Made by a program: the position numbers and the translations under genes
The notes under the pieces: generated by a model
Told to the model about the DNA's origin: nothing
Database searches by the model: none
The model's input: only the letters and a program-made list of their open reading frames with translations
Part shown: piece after piece, positions 24,265-32,000 of the stretch
How the letters are laid out: each line of letters starts with the position of its first letter
How positions within the stretch are numbered: position 1 is the first letter of the stretch
Assembly: GCF_000179635.2 (NCBI RefSeq)
Contig: NC_014833.1
Location: forward strand, 2,940,001-2,972,000
Direction: 5' to 3'
DNA length: 32,000 nt
DNA from: Ruminococcus albus 7 = DSM 20455
GTDB lineage: Bacteria > Bacillota > Clostridia > Oscillospirales > Ruminococcaceae

Positions 24265-25785
24265 ATGAAAGGTATAAACGCAGCACTGATGTGCGATTTC
24301 TATAAGATAGTCCACAGGGATATGATAAATCAGAAGATGACAAAGTCCATGTCTTACTACACCCCCCGTATGAGCCGTGTAAAGCGCTGGGATAAGGTGG
24401 TAATGTTCGGTTTGCAGATGTTCTGCAAGACCTGGCTCCTCGACTACTTCAACGAGAATTTCTTTGAAGTCCCCGAGGAGGAGATAGTTGCCGATTATCA
24501 GCGCGTACTGGATAATTCCTTCGGTAAGGGCATATACAATACATCTTCTATTCGCGAACTTCACAGACTGGGATATCTCCCACTGGAGATAATCGCACTC
24601 CCCGAGGGTACTCTTGTACCGATACACGTCCCCATGTTCGGAATAACCAATACCCACCCCGATTTCGCATGGCTGCCGCAGGCACTTGAAAGCCTTATCT
24701 CTGCTGAAATGTGGTATCCGCAGATAACTGCTACCGTGGGCAAGACCTACCGCGATATCGTTGACAAGTACTACGCACTCACCTGCGAGGACGATATCCC
24801 GCGTGCCAAGGCACTGGGTTCTTTCGATTTCCGCGGTGACCAGGGACTTGATGCCGCGCTTAAAGCTGCCGCAGGCTGGTGTATGTCTTTCGTGAATACC
24901 GCTACCGTACCTGCTATCCCCTACCTTGAAAAGATGTTCGGCGCAGACTGTACAAAGGAAGCTGTAGCATACGGCGCTGTCAGCACAGAGCACTTTGTTA
25001 TGTGCTCAAACTTCGCAGTTGACGGCGACGAGGAAACCTTCCTCAGAAAAATGCTTACAGAGCTCTACCCAAACACCAGCTTCTCCGCCGTTCTCGATTC
25101 CTATGACTACTGGAACGTCATCGATAACATACTGCCAAAACTCCACAATGAGATAATGGCGCACAACGGCTGTATGCTGATGAGAGGCGATTCGGGCGAC
25201 TGCGTTGAGGTAGTTACAAAAACAGTTTTCAAACTGTGGGAACAGTTCGGCGGAACAGTCAACAGCAAGGGCTACAAGGTGCTTGACCCTCACGTAAAGG
25301 CGATATACGGTGACAGCATAACTGTACAGCGCTGCGAGCAGATATACGAGATACTCATGCAGAACGGCTTTGCCTGCTCAAACGTTGCCCTCGGTGTAGG
25401 TTCCTTCTCTATGCACTGTATCGAGGAGACCGAGGATATCACCGTCACAGCCGATGACGGTCAGAAGTTCACAGGCAGACACACAGTCCTCAAGCCCTTC
25501 ACCCGCGATACCTTCTCCAGCTGCATAAAAGCCTGCTATGCCGAGATAGACGGCAAGGAGTATCCCATATTCAAAGACCCGAAAGAGGGCGGTTTCAAAA
25601 AGAGCCAGAAAGGTCTGTGCTATGTTTACCGCGATGACAACGGTGAACTCGCCTATAAAGACGGCTATGTAGGCAGCACTATCCCCGAAGGGAACCTGCT
25701 TGAAACAGTATTCAAAGACGGCAGACTTGTCAGGGAGTATACACTCAGTGATATCAGGAACAGACTTAACAACAACGCATTCTGA
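24265..25785 (+). CDS. NAMPT/NadV-family phosphoribosyltransferase-like protein with divergent motifs (506 aa)
   Basis: CDFYKIVH, LPLEIIALPEG, WYPQITAT, STEH, LDSYDYWN, LMRGDSGD, NSKGYKVL, IYGDS and LGVGS all parallel human NAMPT by eye. Confidence 0.8.
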   Translation: MKGINAALMCDFYKIVHRDMINQKMTKSMSYYTPRMSRVKRWDKVVMFGLQMFCKTWLLDYFNENFFEVPEEEIVADYQRVLDNSFGKGIYNTSSIRELHRLGYLPLEIIALPEGTLVPIHVPMFGITNTHPDFAWLPQALESLISAEMWYPQITATVGKTYRDIVDKYYALTCEDDIPRAKALGSFDFRGDQGLDAALKAAAGWCMSFVNTATVPAIPYLEKMFGADCTKEAVAYGAVSTEHFVMCSNFAVDGDEETFLRKMLTELYPNTSFSAVLDSYDYWNVIDNILPKLHNEIMAHNGCMLMRGDSGDCVEVVTKTVFKLWEQFGGTVNSKGYKVLDPHVKAIYGDSITVQRCEQIYEILMQNGFACSNVALGVGSFSMHCIEETEDITVTADDGQKFTGRHTVLKPFTRDTFSSCIKACYAEIDGKEYPIFKDPKEGGFKKSQKGLCYVYRDDNGELAYKDGYVGSTIPEGNLLETVFKDGRLVREYTLSDIRNRLNNNAF

Positions 25786-25793
25786 AATATAAT

Positions 25794-25832
25794 GGAGCAG
25801 CTGCGTCATCAAACGCAGCTGCTCCCTTTTTT
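25794..25832 (+). terminator. Intrinsic terminator after the NAMPT-like gene (could also serve the convergent PLD gene)
   Basis: 13-bp stem GGAGCAGCTGCGT/ACGCAGCTGCTCC followed by CTTTTTT. Confidence 0.85.
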
Positions 25833-25855
25833 CATAGCAGTCATCGTTCAGTCAT

Positions 25856-27193
25856 TTACATAGACCCTTCAAGATTCGCCATCATGGCAGCCCTTATCTC
25901 CTCAGCAGGAGAAAGTGGTATGATATTGTCCTCCGTCACAAGCACACACTCATCAAGGGTGTCAAGGATATCCGCCTTGATATCAGCTATACACTTAACA
26001 TCCGTCAGTACAGCACCGCATTCAAAGTCGCGGTAAAAGCTGCGGCTGTTGAGATTTATGCTGCCCACCGTAGCAACGCGGTCATCACTGACAAACACCT
26101 TTGAATGTATGAATCCGGGAGTATACCTGTACAGCTTCACCCCCGAAAGCACCAGCCTTTCATAATGGGTACGCGCCAGTATCTCCATGTACAGCTTATC
26201 GGGTATCCCGGGTACTATCAGTATCACCTCAACGCCCCGTTCAGCTGCCGAACATATAGCATCCTCCACCTCATCATCTATGTTCAGGTACGGTGCTGTT
26301 ATGTACAGATAGTCCTCCGCACCGTTCATTATCTCAAGGTATATGTCCCGCGCCGCATCCTCATTGTCAAAGGGAGATTCCCCGTAGGGCATAACATAGC
26401 CCTCCGCCGCTGCAGGCTCTGTCTTATCTAGATATTCACCGCATACATCAAGTTCAGCCCCACGGTCCCACTGCTCAAAGAAAAGCTCCGTACAGCTTCT
26501 CACAGCATCGCCGCGCATCTGTATCGCCGCATCCTTCCACCGTCCGTATGGCGATGTCACATTAATGTACTCGTCCGAGATATTCACTCCGCCCATGAAT
26601 GCTGTCTTTCCGTCTATAACAGTCAGCTTGCGGTGATCTCGCTCATTTATGCTCACACGGTCAGGCTCGCGGTAAAGGCGGCAGTCTATGCCATACGACC
26701 GCATTTCCTCGCAGAACGCATCGTTCTGCTGTAAGCCGTCACATATCATCCTTACCTCAACTCCTGCATCCATGCGTTCGCAAAGCACATCGAGTATACC
26801 ATCCAGCATCTCACCGTCCTTCACGATGAAGTACTCCATAAATATGAAGTCCTCCGCCGCGGCAAGCTCCCTGATAAGCGCCTCATAGAACCGCTCCCCC
26901 GTCGGATAATAGCTGACCTCGGTATTGGTATAAACAGGATAGCGGCTGTCGGTCAGAAGGTAGAATCTCTCACCCGCCTTTTCCAGTATCTCCTGTTCCT
27001 GCGTCAGATGTCTCGGCATATCCGCTCTGACGGACACCTCATTTGTCACGGTCACAGCCGGGCTTTCATCCCTCACCGATGATACCTCGCCGCCGCCAGA
27101 AGATATCTCCTCTTTTATACTGCTTTTACGGACCGTTCCGCAGGCGCACAGCGCTGCCGCCGCTGTTATCACTGCCGCCATTCTCTTTTTCAT
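25856..27193 (-). CDS. Phospholipase D / cardiolipin synthase-family protein (two HKD motifs) with a lipoprotein signal
   Basis: HRKLTVIDGKTAFMGGVNISDEY and HSKVFVSDDRVATVGSINLNSRS. N-terminus MKKRMAAVITAAAALCACG behind a GAGGAGG RBS. Confidence 0.8.
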   Translation of the reverse strand: MKKRMAAVITAAAALCACGTVRKSSIKEEISSGGGEVSSVRDESPAVTVTNEVSVRADMPRHLTQEQEILEKAGERFYLLTDSRYPVYTNTEVSYYPTGERFYEALIRELAAAEDFIFMEYFIVKDGEMLDGILDVLCERMDAGVEVRMICDGLQQNDAFCEEMRSYGIDCRLYREPDRVSINERDHRKLTVIDGKTAFMGGVNISDEYINVTSPYGRWKDAAIQMRGDAVRSCTELFFEQWDRGAELDVCGEYLDKTEPAAAEGYVMPYGESPFDNEDAARDIYLEIMNGAEDYLYITAPYLNIDDEVEDAICSAAERGVEVILIVPGIPDKLYMEILARTHYERLVLSGVKLYRYTPGFIHSKVFVSDDRVATVGSINLNSRSFYRDFECGAVLTDVKCIADIKADILDTLDECVLVTEDNIIPLSPAEEIRAAMMANLEGSM

Positions 27194-28013
27194 ATCCTGA
27201 CACCTCCTCAGCCCGATCATTCTCCGCTTTGTTCCTCACCCTTGTACGGTACTCAGTAGGTCTTTCCCCCGTCACCTTTCTAAACTGTCTTACAAAATGT
27301 ATATCCGATGAATACCCGCACATCTGCGCTATCCTGCTCACACTGTGTTCCGTGGATGCAAGCAGATACCCTGCCCTTTCGGTACGCGCATTTATAACAT
27401 CGTTCATGGGAGTTACCCCGAAAAGCTTTTTATAGCTGTGCTGGAAAGATGAACGGCTCATGTTCATTTCATGGGCAAGCCCCTCGATAGTCCAGTTGTA
27501 TGCAGGGTCATTGTATATTTTCGCCCTTACCACCGACATCTTCTCATAGCTGCTGCCCATACCCTTATCAGCCGTCCTGTGAAGCTTCTCGCTCAGCTTC
27601 ATAAAAAACAGCTTCACAAGCAGGTCGCAGGTATCTGTACAGTAAAGTCCCCCGGAATAATGCTCGTGGCACATCATGCTGACAAATACCGTCAGCTCCG
27701 AAAGACTGCCAAGCTTTACAGGCGTATCAAATGGTATGTCCAGTTCTCTCAGCAGCCGCTCATCCTCAGTATTTTCAGGCATAAAATGGAACCAGTCATT
27801 CCCGAACACTCCGCCGTCCGAACGGTAGTACTGAGGAGTTCCCCTGCTGTACAGCATTACGGTGCCCGCCTCTGTACCGATCTCGCCCTTATATGTCACA
27901 AACACCGCCGGAGTTTTGACCAGCAGCATCAGCCAGTCCCCCGAGCCCTCAGGTCGTTCTATCGAAAAATCCGCATCGTGCCGATGATCGCAGCCAACAT
28001 TTATTATGCGCAC
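27126..28013 (-). CDS. AraC-family transcriptional regulator
   Basis: C-terminal dual HTH (IEGLAHEMNMSRSSFQHSYKKLFG...ISRIAQMCGYSSDIHFVRQFRKVTGERPTEYR). Probable GTG start: the second GTG (28013) sits 7 nt after GGAGG, and the track start is 28019. The 3' tail overlaps the PLD gene start. Confidence 0.85.
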   Translation of the reverse strand: MRIINVGCDHRHDADFSIERPEGSGDWLMLLVKTPAVFVTYKGEIGTEAGTVMLYSRGTPQYYRSDGGVFGNDWFHFMPENTEDERLLRELDIPFDTPVKLGSLSELTVFVSMMCHEHYSGGLYCTDTCDLLVKLFFMKLSEKLHRTADKGMGSSYEKMSVVRAKIYNDPAYNWTIEGLAHEMNMSRSSFQHSYKKLFGVTPMNDVINARTERAGYLLASTEHSVSRIAQMCGYSSDIHFVRQFRKVTGERPTEYRTRVRNKAENDRAEEVSGYEKENGGSDNSGGSAVRLRNGP

Positions 28014-28093
28014 AGTCACCCCTCCCTCTTTTAAAACATATTATCATATCGTGCAAATTAAGTCAAGACGTATTTTCTGTAAACTTTCTGCAT

Positions 28094-28126
28094 TTGCATT
28101 ATATGTTAGTTTAATTGCATTATATG
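28094..28126 (+). promoter_or_regulatory. Two 12-nt direct repeats TTGCATTATATG spaced 21 bp; candidate AraC-type binding sites
   Basis: Exact copies at 28094-28105 and 28115-28126, in the AraC/GH5 divergent intergenic region. The second copy abuts the -35 of the GH5 promoter. Confidence 0.55.
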
Positions 28127-28129
28127 ATA

Positions 28130-28158
28130 TTGCACCAAATTCTCAAATGGGTTAAAAT
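28130..28158 (+). promoter_or_regulatory. Putative sigma-A promoter for the GH5 gene
   Basis: TTGCAC-17 nt-TAAAAT. Confidence 0.5.
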
Positions 28159-28206
28159 GTTTATAAAGACAACCACGTATACCGACGAACTACCGAGGTG
28201 ACAGCT

Positions 28207-29439
28207 ATGAACAAAAAGAATATCATCACACTTATTTCCGCACTAGCTGTATGTTCCGCAGTACTTTCCTCCTGCGGACAGGGAAACAGCAGTTCATCTT
28301 CCAAAGCCGAAAAAGCAGCATCTTCCGCTGCAGAAGAAAGTTCAGAAAATAATACCGACAACAATGATGATACCACCGTCCCGACAGATCTTGCACGCAG
28401 CGGTGAGGTCAGGGATATATCCGCCATGGAGCTTGTGGGCGAAATGAAAACAGGCTGGAATCTTGGAAACTCCCTTGATGCCACAGGCGGCTCAGGTGTG
28501 GAGTCCGAGGTCAGCTGGGGCAATCCAAAAACCACTCAGGAAATGATAGACGCAGTATACAACAAGGGCTTCGATGTTATACGTATGCCCGTTACCTGGG
28601 GCAACCACGTAGGTGAGGCTCCCGACTACAAGATAGACGAAGCATGGCTGGATCGTGTGCAGGAGGTAGTTAACTATGCCTATGACGACGGCGCTTTCGT
28701 TATAATCAACTCCCACCATGAGGAGGACTGGCGAATACCCGATAACGAGCATATCGACACTGTCGATGAAAAGACCGCTGCCATCTGGAAACAGATAGCT
28801 GAACGCTTCAGGGATTACGGCGACCACCTGATATTTGAAGGTCTGAACGAGCCCCGCGTAAAGGGTTCTCCCGAAGAATGGAACGGCGGCACCGAAGAAG
28901 GCAGACGCTGCATCGACAGGCTGAACAAGACCTTCCTTGATACCGTACGTGCAACAGGCGGCAATAACGAAAAGCGACTGCTGCTCATGACTACATACGC
29001 ATCATCCAGCATGGGCAAGGCTATAAGGGATGCAGCCATACCCGAAGACGAGCATATCGGTTTCTCGATACACGCATACACCCCCTATGCCTTCACCTAT
29101 AATGCCAATGCCGACTGGGAGCTTTTTGAATGGGATGAAAGTCACGAGGGCGAGATAATATCCCTTATGTCAGACCTCAAAGAAACATTTATCGACAAGA
29201 ACGTCCCCGTCATACTGACCGAGTACGGCGCTGTCAATAAGGACAACAACGATGAAGAACGTGCCGAGTGGGTATCCTGCTATCTGGACTATGCCGAAAA
29301 GCTGGGCGGCATCCCATGCGTATGGTGGGATAACGGCTACTACTCCTCAGGCAACGAGCTTTTCGGTATCTTTGACAGAAATAACTGCTCATGGTTCACC
29401 GATACCGTTACCGATGCTTTGATCGAACACTCAAAATAA
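28207..29439 (+). CDS. GH5 endoglucanase-type glycoside hydrolase, lipoprotein
   Basis: Signal with lipobox LSSCG. GWNLGNSLDA, IRMPVTW, INSHHE, FEGLNEPR (acid/base), HAYTPY, LTEYGA (nucleophile) and WWDNG. ATG 28207 lies 8 nt after GAGG. Confidence 0.88.
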   Translation: MNKKNIITLISALAVCSAVLSSCGQGNSSSSSKAEKAASSAAEESSENNTDNNDDTTVPTDLARSGEVRDISAMELVGEMKTGWNLGNSLDATGGSGVESEVSWGNPKTTQEMIDAVYNKGFDVIRMPVTWGNHVGEAPDYKIDEAWLDRVQEVVNYAYDDGAFVIINSHHEEDWRIPDNEHIDTVDEKTAAIWKQIAERFRDYGDHLIFEGLNEPRVKGSPEEWNGGTEEGRRCIDRLNKTFLDTVRATGGNNEKRLLLMTTYASSSMGKAIRDAAIPEDEHIGFSIHAYTPYAFTYNANADWELFEWDESHEGEIISLMSDLKETFIDKNVPVILTEYGAVNKDNNDEERAEWVSCYLDYAEKLGGIPCVWWDNGYYSSGNELFGIFDRNNCSWFTDTVTDALIEHSK

Positions 29440-29467
29440 TTCCTGGCTGATTCCATATACTACTACA

Positions 29468-29513
29468 ACGACAACGGCAGCGATGATATCCACCGCTGCC
29501 GCTGTCGTTTTTC
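29468..29513 (+). terminator. Intrinsic terminator after the GH5 gene
   Basis: ACGACAACGGCAGCG...CGCTGCCGCTGTCGT with one mismatch, followed by TTTTTC. Confidence 0.75.
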
Positions 29514-29524
29514 TTGAGGGTTTA

Positions 29525-30751
29525 TCAGTTAACTGCTTCGATATTCCAAAGCTGGTTACTAGCGCCTGTGTATCTCCACTGGAGAACATTTGCATTATCG
29601 TTTTTAGATCTTCCTTCAACATCCAGTGCCTTGCCGCTGTTTTTGTTTATAAGGGCGTAGCTGCTGCCTACCTTCCTGAGCTCCCATTTCTGAGCGTCAC
29701 TGCCGTTCACGCTGCACTGCTGAACGTTTGCGCCGTCATTCTTGTCACCCCAGCTTACGTCAAGAGCTTTGCCGCTGTTGGCACACTTGATGACATAGTA
29801 GCCGTCCCACTGCTTTTCAAGGTACCATTTCTGGTTCTCATAGCCGCTGTATCTGTACTGAAGTACATTAGCACCGTCATCCTTGCTGCCCCAGCTTACA
29901 TCAAGTGCCTTGCCGCTGTTTACAGACTTTATAGCGTACTTCTGTCTTGAATTGAAGGAGCCGCTGTTGTTATTGTTGTTCTGCTGGTTGTTATTGTTCT
30001 GCTTCTGCTGAGTATTGCTGCTGCCGTTGGGTGCAGTGTAGGATATCCAGTCGTACTGTGCAGTAAGGGGCGCTCTGCCATTGTAATGGTTCAGCCATTC
30101 ATCAACGCCCTTGCCGTTCCATACGTTCATCATTATCTTGCCGGGTGTCTGTGGGATATCCCTGTAAGCTGTGTATACAGGCTTCTTGTCAACATACCAG
30201 GTTATACTGCTTTTGTCCCAGTAGAATCCGTACTGGTGGAAACTCTGCGAAGCATCGAATCCGAGATTGTATACATACTCGTGATTGCCCTGTCCCCTGG
30301 TGTAATAGTTGAACTGTACCTGATTGGTGTTCTTTCCCAGGAATTCAATATCTATCTCGTCCCATACAGTGCCGTCCGAAGGTCCTGTGTAGGTGAAGAA
30401 CGAGCTTACTACGCCGTCATTCTTGATAGGCTTCATGCTTACATCGTACATACCAAAACCAAAGGTCTTTGTGGTACGGTACTCAGCACCCTTGTAGCCC
30501 TGCCAGCTGTTGCCCGTTATGGAAAGATTCATCTTTCCGCCCGAGAACTGTACATTGTTCCTGCTCCAGGTGCAGTCGAACATACCACCGTTTGACCAGC
30601 CGTCAGAAGCTTCCATAGTGCCCCACTCGTAGCTGTCAAATCCCGTTCCGAAATAACTTCCGTTGAAACGTTCCGCTGCGCTTGCACTGAGCATCATGCT
30701 CGCAGATATGGCTGCAGCTGTCAGAAAACTTACTATCCTCTTTACTTTCAT
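29525..30751 (-). CDS. Secreted GH16 beta-1,3-1,4-glucanase (lichenase-type) fused to a three-repeat ricin-B (CBM13) module
   Basis: Catalytic DEIDIEFLG. An N/Q-rich linker. Three repeats of about 46 aa with SGKALDV...GANV(L/Q)Q...(Q/N)(K/L)W. Start at MKVKRIV behind GGAGGT. Confidence 0.88.
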   Translation of the reverse strand: MKVKRIVSFLTAAAISASMMLSASAAERFNGSYFGTGFDSYEWGTMEASDGWSNGGMFDCTWSRNNVQFSGGKMNLSITGNSWQGYKGAEYRTTKTFGFGMYDVSMKPIKNDGVVSSFFTYTGPSDGTVWDEIDIEFLGKNTNQVQFNYYTRGQGNHEYVYNLGFDASQSFHQYGFYWDKSSITWYVDKKPVYTAYRDIPQTPGKIMMNVWNGKGVDEWLNHYNGRAPLTAQYDWISYTAPNGSSNTQQKQNNNNQQNNNNNSGSFNSRQKYAIKSVNSGKALDVSWGSKDDGANVLQYRYSGYENQKWYLEKQWDGYYVIKCANSGKALDVSWGDKNDGANVQQCSVNGSDAQKWELRKVGSSYALINKNSGKALDVEGRSKNDNANVLQWRYTGASNQLWNIEAVN

Positions 30752-30920
30752 TTCAATTACCTCCATCTGTTAACTGTGCATTCAGCACATTTTTTTTAGT
30801 TGATGTTCGGTTTTTCTGTCCCTTATGACAGCTACATTATATCATCGTATTTCTGAAAAATATATTAAAAACATATAAGTTTTTATCAAAAATCGAATAT
30901 CCCACAAAAGTTACATTAAG

Positions 30921-30952
30921 TATTTGATATTTTTTCATTGTTATTTGATATT
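30921..30952. repeat. 11-nt direct repeats TATTTGATATT spaced 21 bp, in the GH16 / CitE-like intergenic region
   Basis: Exact copies at 30921-30931 and 30942-30952. Confidence 0.6.
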
Positions 30953-31056
30953 AAAAAACGAACAAATTCCTGTTAACTACAAATGAACCTCATATTTCCA
31001 AAGCATACATTTTAACTTTTGTAGTGCCATGTCAAACCGACTTTCCAGGTATTTTC

Positions 31057-31086
31057 ATTGACATATCATTCAGCAAATGATATAAT
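31057..31086 (+). promoter_or_regulatory. Sigma-A-type promoter for the CitE/HpcH-like gene
   Basis: TTGACA-18 nt-TATAAT, about 40 nt upstream of the ATG. Confidence 0.55.
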
Positions 31087-31123
31087 ATAACAGTAACAGT
31101 TTATTCTGAAAGGTCGTTATCCG

Positions 31124-32000
31124 ATGCGTCATCATCTGTATAATCCGGATTTCAAATTCATCTCTCCCCCGGAGGATTTCAACAAGTATACCGACAGGGA
31201 GCTTTTGCAGTACTGCCTTGGTGCCACCATGTATATGCCCGGTACTAAGGACTTCACCCCGAAGATACTCAGCGGTGCTATGCCGGGGCTTACCACCGTG
31301 GTGCTGTGCTTTGAAGATGCCTGTCCCGAGGATAGTGTCGAGGCTGCCGAAAAAAATGTCTACCGACTGCTGGATACAGTCGCATTCGCTACCGAACAGG
31401 GCACGCTTTCTCCGGATAAAGTTCCGCTGATATTCGTCAGGATCAGGAATCTTGAACAGTTCAGCCACTTCGCTCAGGGTCTGAACAAGCGCAGATCAAA
31501 AGTGCTGTGCGGCATTAATTTCCCGAAATTCAATTCCGTTAACGGCGAAGGCTACTTCTCACTTCTCAGAGAGCTTAACGAAAAACTCGGTGATATCCTC
31601 TACGGTATGCCCATTATCGAAAGCCCCGAGGTAGCCTATAAGGAAAGCCGCATGACCGAACTGCTCGGTATAAAGAATATCCTCGACAAATACCGCGATC
31701 TGGTACTGCAGGTGCGCGTCGGCGGTACGGATTTTTCGTCGGTATTCGGCGTAAGACGCGGCGTTGACCATTCAATATACGATATACTCACCGTCCGCGA
31801 ATGCCTGTGCGATATAATCAATGTGTGCGGCAGAAATAATGACTACGTCATATCGGGCCCCGTGTGGGAATACTTCCGCGCCCCGAAAGAGCTTATGTTC
31901 GGTGAATTACCTACCCACAGCCTCGATGATTGCCTGCTCAAAAGACAGACTATCGTCAACAGCGAGATCGACGGCCTTCTCCGCGAAGTCATACTCGATA
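31124..32000 (+). CDS. CitE/HpcH/HpaI-family (citrate-lyase beta / aldolase-like TIM barrel) protein, 3' end outside the window
   Basis: My translation from ATG 31124 gives 292 codons with no stop before the window end: MRHHLYNPDFKF...LGATMYMPGT...VVLCFEDAC...FVRIRN...GINFPKF...IIESPEV...RVGGTDFSS. This is the motif order of the CitE/HpcH family. The ORF is missing from the track because no stop lies inside the window. Confidence 0.65.
   Translation, partial: MRHHLYNPDFKFISPPEDFNKYTDRELLQYCLGATMYMPGTKDFTPKILSGAMPGLTTVVLCFEDACPEDSVEAAEKNVYRLLDTVAFATEQGTLSPDKVPLIFVRIRNLEQFSHFAQGLNKRRSKVLCGINFPKFNSVNGEGYFSLLRELNEKLGDILYGMPIIESPEVAYKESRMTELLGIKNILDKYRDLVLQVRVGGTDFSSVFGVRRGVDHSIYDILTVRECLCDIINVCGRNNDYVISGPVWEYFRAPKELMFGELPTHSLDDCLLKRQTIVNSEIDGLLREVILD

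Noticed and set aside
24133-24993. 286-aa minus-strand ORF overlapping the 3' end of the Prs-like gene and the 5' half of the NAMPT-like gene
   Set aside because: It lies antisense to coding sequence with clear family motifs. Its translation is compositionally odd (Cys/His/Tyr-rich, no motifs) and it has no RBS, so it is a shadow ORF.
31070-31468. 132-aa minus-strand ORF listed in the track
   Set aside because: It overlaps the plus-strand frame that carries CitE/HpcH motifs and a promoter and RBS, and it has no motif or RBS of its own.

Overview
The window looks like a Gram-positive, Clostridia-type chromosome segment, probably from a Ruminococcus/Oscillospiraceae-like fibre degrader. That placement is inferred from gene content, GGAGG-type ribosome-binding sites and TTGACA-17-TATAAT promoters. 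No database search was possible, so all family calls rest on motifs read by eye in the supplied translations.

Content from left to right:
- 1-1314: the 3' part of an IS1595-family transposase, its putative right end, a frameshifted gene, and a small insert carrying a second copy of the IS-end sequence plus two perfect palindromes.
- 1315-4138 (minus strand): a nitrogen operon of membrane protein, glutamine synthetase, a 71-aa ORF, and an ANTAR regulator with a degenerate receiver domain.
- 4210-7686: a zinc-ribbon membrane protein and Tex.
- 7988-11783: a GH67 alpha-glucuronidase and SASA-type esterase pair.
- 11791-12126: a 336-bp non-coding element bounded by long inverted repeats (MITE-like).
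- 12250-16099: an orphan sugar ABC solute-binding lipoprotein, divergent from a cytoplasmic LacI-type sugar-binding domain fused to GGDEF.
- 16281-22275: a small acidic membrane protein, a holin-like protein plus GH25 muramidase, an AT-rich orphan gene, rsmE, an FkbM methyltransferase, a PH-domain protein and a lipoprotein.
- 22475-22697: two tRNA-Ser genes.
- 22793-25832: a compact operon of PncA-like, short Prs-like and NAMPT-like genes.
- 25856-32000: an HKD/PLD lipoprotein overlapping an AraC regulator, a GH5 lipoprotein, a GH16-CBM13 lichenase, and a CitE/HpcH-like gene that runs off the window end and is absent from the ORF track.

The most interesting candidate is the Prs-like + NAMPT-like pair. 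It has the gene composition of the phage NAD+ reconstitution pathway NARP1 rather than an obviously canonical NadV salvage pair. No CRISPR array, rRNA or clear prophage was seen.
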